Source of the DNA: Ginkgo biloba
Taxonomy: Eukaryota; Plantae; Ginkgophyta
Assembly: GCA_024626585.2 (NCBI GenBank)
Contig: JANKJI020000002.1
Span: forward strand, 82,772,912-82,800,659
Length of the DNA: 27,748 nt
Direction: 5' to 3'
Both the position numbers and the translations under genes were made by a program. Shown here one piece after another: positions 1 to 10,105 of this stretch; position 1 is the first letter of the stretch, and the number at the start of each line of letters is the position of its first letter. A model generated the notes under the pieces. It did not search any database, had not been told where the DNA came from, and saw only the letters and a program-made list of their open reading frames with translations.

Positions 1-1750
1 TCACAACACATAATGAACCTAAGGATTTGTCAAGTTATGATGATTCATGTCATTTGATCATTACTTGTATAAATGATATATGTTATTATTTTTAATTTAA
101 ATATTTTCTCTACAATACATAGTTATAAGCAATTTTAAAAAAATCAATACATATGTAATAAAATACCTATAATGGTACCTTGTCCTAACCATGACTGAAT
201 AATCATAGAATAGTAAAGGCAATTGTAGAGGATAATTTTAATAGTTATAAAAGTTACATAATAGTTTGAAATCAAATGTATTTAAAGTTACTTGTCGATA
301 ATAAAAAGATATATTTTTCATTGCCCCTTAGATTTGTGCAAAGTACTTAATTTTCAGCTACATTTAGATGTGAGGAAGTTTTTCCAACCAATCCCAAGAC
401 CAAAATATTTTCTATAGGATTAGTTGATTTTCTACGAGATTGTGATCAATGAGAGGAAGAAAGTACATGATCCTAACATTTATAAGGGTGACAGGCTTAT
501 ATTTTTTGGTTCTAGTTGTCCTTTAAATCTATTATGTCATTTCTTATATCTATGATCTAAATAAATGTGCCCCATATTAGATAGGAATATCTTCATATTA
601 ACTAGTTTAAAAAACCTTACAAATCGTAGAGGAAACCATTAAAGGATAAAAATTCTTAGTTGTTTCTACTCTTAACCTTTTGAATCTAACGATGAATAGA
701 ATTATTTCTATAGCCACTTAAATGTACTACATCCAATCCCTTTAAAGACCAACAACTATTATGATCTAGCTTGTTTTAATGTTAAATTACTTATTAATCA
801 TATATTTTCACTATCTACAAGGTTTGAATGCTTATTTTCTAATCATCCTTGGGAGTAGTAGTTGTTGGTAGTATTTTAAAGTATTCACAATTTATTTCTT
901 TGAAAATTATTTTTTTTTTTTTTTCAATTATGATTTTTTTATAGGCATAGAACTAAATAGTAGAAGAGTAGATAGGTTCTAATTTTGTTTATTATTTATT
1001 TATTTAGTTAGTTCTTAGTCTAGAGAAATTTTACTTGTTTTGATGTCTCTACCCTTTTTAACCTTGTCAACAAACCTCAGGTTAACATNNNNNNNNNNNN
1101 NNNNNNNNNNNNNNNNNNNNNNNNNNNNNNNNNNNNNNNNNNNNNNNNNNNNNNNNNNNNNNNNNNNNNNNNNNNNNNNNNNNNNNNNTAAGCCGAACTT
1201 AAATAATAATATCATGTGCAATCAAAAATTTATGAAAGTGAATCTATCAATATATGTAGTATAAATATGTCATCTATAACAATGAATAATATTATAGAGT
1301 GCTATAACCAAATGAAATGAGTGTTTTATCTCACAATACATACCAAGTATAAATGGGACAAATGTCATAGTGGGAAAGTAGGTTCCATTGACAATATAAA
1401 TAAGGTAACTACTATATGATCATACTTATGGTAACATGGAGTAAGAACAAAGTTTAAGGAATGAGAAATTCACCAATCTTTTTTTAGCAAAGATCCTAGA
1501 GGTGATGGGTAGACTTGAGTACATTATCACTACATTATTAGGAGATTTAGATACAATAAAAATAATATTACATAGGTCTTAACCTTATCCATCCAACACT
1601 CACATAAATAAAATATTATGGCAATCAATTTATATATTGAAAAAATATAACCAATTGCTTCTTTAATAAATACAAACCACCATGTAGACCTTGTTGGTAT
1701 AACCCATGCACACACTTGTTGCTACCACCTCTTTACATAATTTTATAGTA

Positions 1751-2043
1751 ATCAAGGTGGATATTAAGTTGGATATCAATGTATATGATAATATTATTGA
1801 TGCACAAATGTTGGATGATTAGATCTAAGATCTAGAGGCCTTTTTTGGTTCTTAAGGATTCAACAACTTGTAGAAAATCAACTTTTCCAAGTTGATAATG
1901 GTGAAGTATTCCTTATCTTTGTGGGAATATTACATTCATAAACCAAGTAATCCATATTTTACTACATGGGATCATTTCAAGACTTTATTGAGGAGTTATT
2001 TCTAACCCCTAGGGTACATAAGTGATCTGTATAAGAAGGAATA
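1751..2043 (+). pseudogene. gag: Decayed Ty3/gypsy gag (Retrotrans_gag-like capsid) relic
   Basis: One frame from 1751 reads IKVDIKLDINVYDNIIDAQMLDD*I*DLEAFFGS*GFNNL*KINFSKLIMVKYSLSLWEYYIHKPSNPYFTTWDHFKTLLRSYF*PLGYISDLYKK. This is colinear with the plant gypsy gag pattern KVExKxDIPxYDGxxDAEKLDxWIxxLExYF...ALxWW...TWxxFKxLLRxxFYPLGY. Five in-frame stops. Confidence 0.72.
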
Positions 2044-3082
2044 GTGATTGAAGTAAGAGAATCATCAAATAGTGGAACATTACATCAATACGTTCCATAA
2101 GATGGTAATTAAACTCAACATCCAAGAATATTATAACAAGACGATTATGAAATGATCTAATGATAATAATGACATATTCAAAATTAATTTTATTAATCGC
2201 AAGAATAAGAAGGGGGAAAAGCACCTCATTAATACATCTGCACAAAAATACAACATTTATTATGAAATAGTAGAAATATAAAGCTACATTAAAAAAATGC
2301 CATTTAAATTATAAGATAATGAAAAATAATTGCAATAGCTCATCGCCTTGATTAGGGACTAATAACATATAACACAAATGTATTTCACCTATACTCTACC
2401 TATATCATCGATTATGCAAATCTATTATATAAAAATTCCATGTTGCTTTAAATAATGAGGTAGTTTCTTTTAGCTATGCTCAAGTAGCTTAAAAATCACA
2501 TTTATGGTATTACTTTCTAATGTTCTTTTTTGTAATTTGCTCTTCTTAAATGATAAACTTTATCCTTGTAAAAAATAAAAATTCTTATTTCACCTAAAAT
2601 ACATAAAAAACATTGCTCTTTGTTATAAAGTGATACAACACACCCACTAGATAGCAATTAGTTGTACAAAATACAATATGTTTTCTAGTGGCTTTTTCAT
2701 ACCTATTAATATCATAAGAGATATCGTCAATGTCAAATATTGGACACGTAGTGGTAAGCTTTGTGAATATAGTACTTAAAAAGGAGAATAAGAAATTCAA
2801 TATTATATTCTTTCTAATTAATGCCATGGACTTAAATGAGTTGTAGAAAATAATCTAATAAATTAGTAGGGAAATAAACATAGAACATAGGAGTTAAGAG
2901 CAAGAAATTGGAAATAGTACTACATCTTAAAGTAGGCACTTTAGTTCATTCCAAGATTTAAAAAAGGAAGACCAAAAAAGGAACATAAAAATGTTTATTC
3001 CTTAAGGACACTACTTGTTGTACATAAGAATTATCAACGAGGAATTTTGTTATCTCATTTTGAGTCATTAGTTTTATCAAGA

Positions 3083-3269
3083 TGAAAGATTGTAAAATAC
3101 ATAAAATAAGTAAATCAAAATAAATATGTAAAATATTTTTATGGAAAAACTTGAAATGCTCATCATAAAAAAGTGAGAGATTCTAAAATACATAAAATAA
3201 GTGTACATCATAATAAACATGTCTAATCTTTCTCATCACTAAACTTGAAATGCTTATTATAAAAAAGTG
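3083..3269. repeat. Tandem duplication, two copies of ~91-95 bp
   Basis: TGARAGATTxTAAAATACATAAAATAAGT starts at 3083 and 3174; both copies end in AAACTTGAAATGCTYATYATAAAAAAGTG. Confidence 0.85.
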
Positions 3270-4632
3270 TTCTTGATGGTTTGGAGATCAATCTTGTAGG
3301 CTTGTAAAGTGATCAAGTTTCTACATATAATTTATGGTATTTGTATAAAATATCAAAATGTATTCTTGTAGCTCTAGGCTTAAAATTTAGCAACAACTTA
3401 TGCTAATTGTCTAAAGCATTGTTTATAATGTGTGTTCAAGTAGTATGCATCATGTAATCTAATCCAATTTGTACTAAATTATTTACTATAATGATTAATG
3501 AATATATTACCTTCTAATTTCTTATAGAATATTTTTGTTGTTAATTAAAGACTGAATTTTAGAGTAAAGTAAAAGTGGTATTTTCACAACATACAATTAC
3601 ATAGCCAATCTTATTTTCTTTCCTATTTTGCAAACAGAAAATGTGCATGTCCTAATAGTAACTCTCTCATTAAATCCCAAACACATTTGATTGATTAGAC
3701 AACTATTATATTAAGTGGTAGTAACTTATTAATCCACGTCTCGAGGAAAAGATACATAAGAAAGTTGGTATGTTATTGAACAAAGTATAAGTGCATTATT
3801 TCCTACACTTATGTTTTATACAAAAAGAGAAACCTCTATGGGAAAGAAAATGCAAGATCTAATGAATATGTTGACAAAAGTAGTAAGTTCTCCACTGTAG
3901 CCACTTAGTTGTATTTCATTCCATAAAAGGAAAATAGTACATATTGTATTAGATCTCCAAGTTAATAGCATGCCATATTGTGATGTATATTCTCTTATTA
4001 CTTCGGATTTATGTGATAGAAATGTGCCTCCAAGGAAATCAAACCCACAATCATTACCAAACCTTCAATCATTGACCAAGGTAATTTGTCCATTGTGCTT
4101 GCTTACTTGAAAAGATAAGTTTTGTTTTAAGAGACTTGTAAGCAAATGTCATAGTCTAATTTCCATAATTGGTGAGTAAAATACCTTTAGAAAATCATAC
4201 CCCTAAGTAGGAGCTTTAGAAAATGATAAGTAGAGGCCTAACTCTTATTTCAAAAGACTATGTGTAAAGGTACTTCACACAAACACAAAGCCTAGGCTTC
4301 TAACCAACGATGATGGACATGTTCATATATGGGATTAGTATTTGTCCTATAGAAAGAGGAGATCCTATGTAGAGTGGTTGCAAAAGGTGATCAACCTGCC
4401 GCTCCTCCTACCAAACCCACAATCTATTGATGTTCGAATAGAAGATCCAATCTATGGTTTGATATAGACCGAATGCCAATTGTAGGCTCATACAATGTTC
4501 AATCCTAACCGTTCAACTAACCAAATAGGAGGNNNNNNNNNNNNNNNNNNNNNNNNNNNNNNNNNNNNNNNNNNNNNNNNNNNNNNNNNNNNNNNNNNNN
4601 NNNNNNNNNNNNNNNNNNNNNNNNNNNNNNNN

Positions 4633-4959
4633 AGTAGGGAATTCATTGAATGATAAATGAAGGGAAGAAAATGGGATAAAGGAATAAAAATATTCGACAA
4701 CATAGTAGGACGTTCATCAAATGGAAAATGAAGGGAAACAAATGGTCTAAAGGAATGAATATGGCCGATGACGTAGTAGGGCATTCGTTGATTGAGAAAA
4801 TGAAAGGCGTTGAATGGGATAAAGGAATGAAGATGCCCTATTACGCAGTAGGGTTTTTGTCAATTGGGAAAATGAAAGGAAATGAATGAGCTAAAGGAAT
4901 GAAGATGGCCAGAAGCATAGTAGGTTGTTCATTGATTAGAGAAATAAAGGTCAACGAAT
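4633..4959. repeat. Tandem array of 71-72 bp units (at least 4.5 copies, both ends in N-gaps)
   Basis: The AGTAGG anchor recurs at 4633, 4704, 4775, 4847 and 4919 (periods 71, 71, 72, 72). Units share AAATGAARGG...AATGGGATAAAGGAATGAAGATGGCC. Confidence 0.88.
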
Positions 4960-5179
4960 NNNNNNNNNNNNNNNNNNNNNNNNNNNNNNNNNNNNNNNNN
5001 NNNNNNNNNNNNNNNNNNAGAAAAAAGGGTGAAGTCAATAAAAGAAAAGGATAAGGGTTGGGTAGTAAAAATGGGGAGAATATTTGAAGGCTACACATGG
5101 TAAATGCAAAGGTAGAGGAAGTGACAAGGATTTTTGGTGAGAGAAATCAAGAGACAAAATGAGGGGAATGAAAAGAGAG

Positions 5180-5468
5180 AACGAAGGAGGAAACAACAAG
5201 CTAATTGCATAGTGAGGGGAAGAAAAAAATAGGGAGAAAACAACATATTGTAGTGATAGTAGGAGATTACAAAAGGTTTTTTTGGTATAATTTTGTATTA
5301 TTCCATCCACCTATAGAGGCCTTAGAAGCCCTATAATAGTAAAAACCTTTGGGGTGTTGTTTAATGAAATGAATTAATGGTTTCTCTTATTTTTTGTGGA
5401 TGATTTTTTGTAATTATGTGTTCACATAGGCCAAAGATTGATCATTATTATTCTTGGGCACTATGTCA
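5180..5468 (+). repeat. 5' LTR (alignable 3' portion) of the gag-only element
   Basis: Aligns with 7745-8033 at roughly 80% by eye (shared blocks AAAACAACATRTTGTAGTGATAGT, AAATGAATTAATGGTTTCTCTT, TAATTATGTGTTCACATAGGC). Ends CTATGTCA at 5468. Confidence 0.85.
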
Positions 5469-5470
5469 TT

Positions 5471-5482
5471 TGGTATTAGAGC
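5471..5482 (+). promoter_or_regulatory. Primer-binding site complementary to initiator tRNA-Met
   Basis: TGGTATTAGAGC matches 11/12 of the canonical plant PBS TGGTATCAGAGC and lies 2 nt after the LTR-terminal CA. Confidence 0.85.
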
Positions 5483-5807
5483 CTAGGTTTTCTCGTTGTG
5501 GAATTATTAAAAGAAAACTAAATTGTACTAGAGCCAAGGATTATGGATGTTATATTCGGAGAAATCTAAGAAGCTAGTTGAGAATTGGTTATAGTGTGAG
5601 AAGAAATAAAATTATGAGATGGAATAGAGAGAGACTAGAGAATGAATGGCAACATCAAGCAAATAAATAATAACCCTAATGAGTCAACTAGAGGAATTAG
5701 AGAAAGAGAACTAGATGATTGAGGATATAGAGAAAGGGAGTCAGAGGCATGGACAAGGCAAGAACCATGGGTCAGAAGAAGAAGGAAAGGATAATAAGAG
5801 TGGAACA

Positions 5808-6140
5808 GAATGGGAGGTACCAAATTCTAGGGATGATCTAGATCCCAAAGAGTTATTGGAATGGATTGATGGCATGGAGAGCTATTTCAAAAGGGAGAAA
5901 ATTTCATACCCTGAGAGGGTGAAGTATGTGTGTATGAAGATTAAGGACATGCAACCACTTGGTCGAAGGATTTTTAGGAGGATAAAGTGGAAAAAAGAAA
6001 GGAGAAGACTAGGAAATGGAGAATCATAGTCACCAACATCAAAGGAATATTCTTACCAATTGATTATAAAATGGGGTTGGTTCAGGGATCTTAGAACTTA
6101 GAGTATGGATATAAAGGTGTAGATAATTCTATTAAGAAAA
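5808..6140 (+). pseudogene. gag: Frameshifted Ty3/gypsy gag relic
   Basis: EWEVPNSRDDLDPKELLEWIDGMESYFKREKISYPERVKYVCMKIK, then a frameshift at ~5944 to GHATTWSKDF*EDKVEKRKEKTRKWRIIVTNIKGIFLPIDYKMGLVQGS*NL. Fits the gag pattern LDPEELLDWI..ME.YF...RVK.A..KLKGHA..WW...W..MV..LKGKFLP.DY....QNL. Confidence 0.8.
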
Positions 6141-7744
6141 TCCCTGAAGAGTGCATGCAAGTTCCTAATGATAAGGAACTATAGGAGATCCTAAGAGAAG
6201 AATCTAAGAAAGGGATAGTGGTTGATGAAAAATGTAGGTAGAATAAGGAGGAATCTATATAATGTATGCCAGAGGACATAGAAAATGAAGAGGAGTATAT
6301 GGAAAGGATTCTTGATGAATGCATGGAAGGGCAAGGTGAAAAGGATTTGGATGAGATTCCATGTGAAGATTCAACCGGGTGGTTTCCTAAGGAGCTTGAG
6401 TAAGGGTAAAAAGATAAGGAACTAGTTGAGGTTTTGTGTGAAGTGCAGGTGATAGGAGCATGTCTCTCTCTATGATAGAAGAGGCAGTTGAATTAGTTGA
6501 AAGGATGCCTACAAAGGCCATGCAAGGGACGAATGAGCATAATCAAGGTGGATTTCAATGTGAGGAATGAAAGGAGCTACAATGTAAATCACAACAAAAA
6601 AAATTGAGTGAAGAACCCATGGTGAATGAGGTCAATCCAAATTTGAACTTTATGGTCAGCACAGTGGAATTTGAGGTAAGTGAATCAAATATGTTGTAGC
6701 AGTTTGATTCATATAATATGAGTATTTTGGATGAGTATAAGGTGATATATTATTATGGTTAAAAGGAGGATGAATGTGATACGATGCTCATAGATGAAGC
6801 AAACAAAATAAAAGGAGACTTATATCATGAAGAATAAGTGAGTTTATCCAATGATCTTATATGAGGTATTGAGAGATCAAGGAGGCCTCATGAGGAGCAT
6901 AAAATTGATTTTCATGGTATGATTGGTTCTTAAGAATGTGATTTAATGTCCTCTAATGTACTAGAGAAGATGAGTGAAGGGACAAAAGAGGGGCTACTAA
7001 AAATATCAGTGAGAAGTCCAAAGGAATTAGATAAATGATGCAAGGAATGGTTAACAAATGACTAAGAAAGGCCAGTGAATGGCCAAAGTGGTTGCAATAA
7101 AAAGGAGAAGTTGGGTGAGCACCCCAAAGAAAGGTTCATAAATGGTCCAAGGAAGATATATGAATCACCTATGGATAATTCAACAAATGACCTAAAGGGT
7201 TGGAATAATGGCTCAAAGAATTTGAGTGAATGGACCATAGTGAGTCCAACAAATGCCTTAAAGAAGTCATATTTTTTGGATAATTTTATAGGTGGATTTG
7301 ATAAAATAAGGATATCTTCAGAGAATAATATGGTGGATATGTACATGATTGAGAATGATAAATAATATGAGGTATAGGATGAAGATGTTGGTAATGAGGA
7401 CTATTGACTGAATGACTATGTGGTGAGTCATCTAATGATTGAAATCAGTATCCTAGTGGAGATAGAAAACTAGGTCACATTTGAGTGGTGCATAGATGTA
7501 CATGAAAAAGTGTTGGATATGTGTTATATACTTTGCATGTTTTACATTAATAGCGATGAGGATTTTTTATTGGAGAACCCAAGAGGCAAAAGGGGAGGAG
7601 GGAGAGAGAGAAGGAGAAGGAGAGCAAGGAGTGAAAGAGAAGAGAAGAGAGAGAAATTAAGGGAAATGGTTGAAAGAGAAAGTTGAGAGAAATACAGGGA
7701 AGAGAAAGGAGGAGTGGTAAAATTATCTATAGACGAAGCCACAT

Positions 7745-8033
7745 TCGAGAGAGAAAATAACAGGATGGATGCACAACGAGGGAAAGAAAATATGAGGGAT
7801 AAAACAACATGTTGTAGTGATAGTCAAAGATCGAAAAGGGTTTTTTTTGGTGTAATTTTATATTTCTCCCTCCACCTAAAGAGGCTATAGATTCCCTATA
7901 ATATTAAAACCCTTTGGAGTGTTATTTAATAAAATGAATTAATGGTTTCTCTTCCTTATTGTGGCTGAATTTTTATAATTATGTGTTCACATAGGCTAAA
8001 TATTGGTCATTGTTATACCCATGTGCTGCGTCA
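7745..8033 (+). repeat. 3' LTR (alignable 3' portion) of the gag-only element
   Basis: Direct repeat of 5180-5468, ending CTGCGTCA at 8033. The upstream part (7585-7745) is GA-rich and aligns only loosely. Confidence 0.85.
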
Positions 8034-8200
8034 ACAACCCAAGGATCAATGCATGAATCTAAATAACTACCTTCATTGAGAAGACAAGACCATAGAACAT
8101 CATCTTCAACATATATTATTATACCAAGACCTTCCCTTGCTAGAGTGTTATAAGCAATGGGGTCCATTGATTCTTTAAGAGGGAGGATTGATGAGCCATA
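8034..8200 (+). mobile_element. 3' end of a different gypsy element: pol tail, polypurine tract and start of a 3' LTR
   Basis: Purine tract AAGAGGGAGGA (8177-8187) is followed by TGATGAGCC (TG at 8189). The preceding frame reads AMGSIDSLRGRIDE, resembling the AMGTIAS.GGRxD tail of some plant gypsy elements. Confidence 0.5.
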
Positions 8201-8666
8201 ACAAACTCACATTATTAAGTAGAAGAATAGGGTCTTATCAAACTATAGAGGTGGAAATATGGCCTTGATGTATCAATGCGAGTTATGACCCAAAGGATAA
8301 ATTATGAGAACAATGATTCCTAAAATATATTACTTAAATTATGAGTTTTTACTTATAAATATTTTAACGTATAATAGATATAATTCACATGCACTATAAA
8401 AGGTATCCTTATATGGAAATAAATCCTAATTACATAAATAGTTGCATGTACTCTACTTTTTGGATAAACATGCTATTATGGAACTTAGCTTATTTATTTA
8501 GGAGAGTGTAGGGCATGAGCACAATCATAATTTCATACATATGAAACCTCATATGAATAAACAATTTATCATTCTATCTAATTATTCGTCAACTATTTAT
8601 TTACATGTATATTCTCAAGATTGACCTAAATGGAGATTCACATCCAAAATTAAGTTAAAGATATTA

Positions 8667-8865
8667 ACTTATTCAACTTCAGACAAACTTGTGGTATCTA
8701 AGGGCAAACTCATAGTGCATAGGAAAAGGAACAACATTGTAATAAGAAAAATGTATGGTGTATAGGGAAAAAGATAAAATATGATCATTTTACTTATTCA
8801 ACTCTAGACAAACTCGTGGTGTCTCAAAAGAAACCCCCAGTGCATAGAAAAAGGTATAGCATTAA
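8667..8865. repeat. Direct repeat of ~75 bp, copies 125 bp apart
   Basis: ACTTATTCAACT..AGACAAACTYGTGGTRTCT...AGTGCATAGRAAAAGG at 8667 and 8792, with a partial third copy (GGTGTATAGGGAAAAAG) near 8757. Confidence 0.8.
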
Positions 8866-10032
8866 TAGTCATGTACTTATCCTTGATTTTTTTTTTTGTT
8901 AATAAATAAAGACTATATTTAGACTAGAAAATATTATTTCATTGGCCTTGATCTGTAAAATCTTTGAAGAAGATCAAGAAACCTCCAAGAGAACTCCTTG
9001 AGTGATCGTCAAACAACCATACACACTCTTCTACAACCAAAAAAGTTTCCAAATACATAACTAACCCTTGAGGGTGAATCATATACATGATGGTTTGATC
9101 AAGGTTATATGTATTAATAATTTGAACTTAAGCCTTATCATTAACATTGATATGGAGAATTGTTGAGTCATTTGTATTTATGACATTCTACCAAAGTATG
9201 TTTCTTTAATGGAGAGATGCACGTGTAATAACTCTTTAACTAGGTATCTAGAATAACATATAATTTCTTAATGGGATTATTTCAAGTTAGGAATTTATTA
9301 TTTTGGTTGCATCATTAAACTTTGATCAATATTCCTCATTAGAGTCCTTAGACGCGATGCCTCCATCCCATTGTTCTCTAGTCTTCCTTCGGGTCCATGG
9401 CATCTGGAGTTTTCAAAGGGTGTTTTCCACTTTAGAGTCCCAGATTCCCGACACCCGACACCCTAAAACCCAACAACACACAAACAAAACATCCTCAACT
9501 CCTTTCAAAGGTTTCCATTGTGGTGCCNNNNNNNNNNNNNNNNNNNNNNNNNNNNNNNNNNNNNNNNNNNNNNNNNNNNNNNNNNNNNNNNNNNNNNNNN
9601 NNNNNNNNNNNNNNNNNNNNNNNNNNNGTTGTGAATTGCATTCCTTTTTTGAATTTTTTTAGATTTAGGTCATTTACATTCATGGTAAATTTTTCGAGTT
9701 ATTTATAGTTCAATTGATATATATTGACCATTTTTCAAAAAAATAAACTTGTTAAAGAGTGATTTTTTTATATAATATTTGCCATTTTTTATAAGTATAA
9801 TGAAAAATCTTACTAGATTCATAATATTTTTCACATTTCAAAGAAAAAATCTATAATTTTTAAATAATTTTTCCTTTAACACATATATTTTGCATTTTAT
9901 TTATTGAAAAAAATAATTAAATAAATATATTTACATAAAATAATCCACTTCTCAAAGTTTTCCCTATTTATATCTACAAAATTGAACAACCATATATTTA
10001 AGTTCAATAAGAACTTAGACATCTATAAATCC

Positions 10033-10105
10033 ACATTAGCTTTGATTATAATTTGATGGTGGACACATGTTAGTCCACCATCACAAAGGTAATCAAAACC
10101 AACAT
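10033..10105. repeat. Imperfect inverted repeat (hairpin)
   Basis: Perfect 11-bp core TGATGGTGGAC / GTCCACCATCA around an 8-nt loop, extended by TTTGATTA / TAATCAAA and by further pairs that differ only by transitions. Confidence 0.7.

Larger units (their letters stand above)
4633..8033 (+). mobile_element. Non-autonomous gag-only LTR retrotransposon (TR-GAG/LARD-like); 5' boundary uncertain
   Basis: Direct repeats ~5180-5468 and ~7745-8033 both end in ...GTCA. A tRNA-iMet PBS lies 2 nt after the first repeat, followed by a gag relic at 5808-6140. No PR/RT/RH/INT motifs recognised in the ~2.1 kb gap-free interior. Confidence 0.72.

Noticed and set aside
330-900. LTR-like texture on the minus strand (also 10844-11700 and 13100-14940)
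   Set aside because: No definable TG...CA ends, TSD, PBS/PPT or partner copy.
1530-1715. Minus-strand ORF with TWW...KEA...AI resembling a hAT dimerisation domain
   Set aside because: No SSxxxERxxS motif and no other transposase blocks or TIRs; the adjacent + strand is better explained as gag.
3780-4200. NMLTKVV (copia RNase H-like) and VLAYLKR (gypsy integrase tail-like) fragments
   Set aside because: Isolated short matches to two different superfamilies with no colinear supporting motifs.
4633-4959. CRISPR-like periodicity (~72 bp)
   Set aside because: Whole units are similar to one another, with no identical repeats separated by unique spacers; there are no cas genes and the context is eukaryotic.
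5019-5310. Hydrophobic F/L/S-rich minus-strand ORFs (also 4488-4784, 5635-5823, 7542-7742) resembling membrane proteins
   Set aside because: They are the antisense reading of purine-rich LTR/gag sequence.
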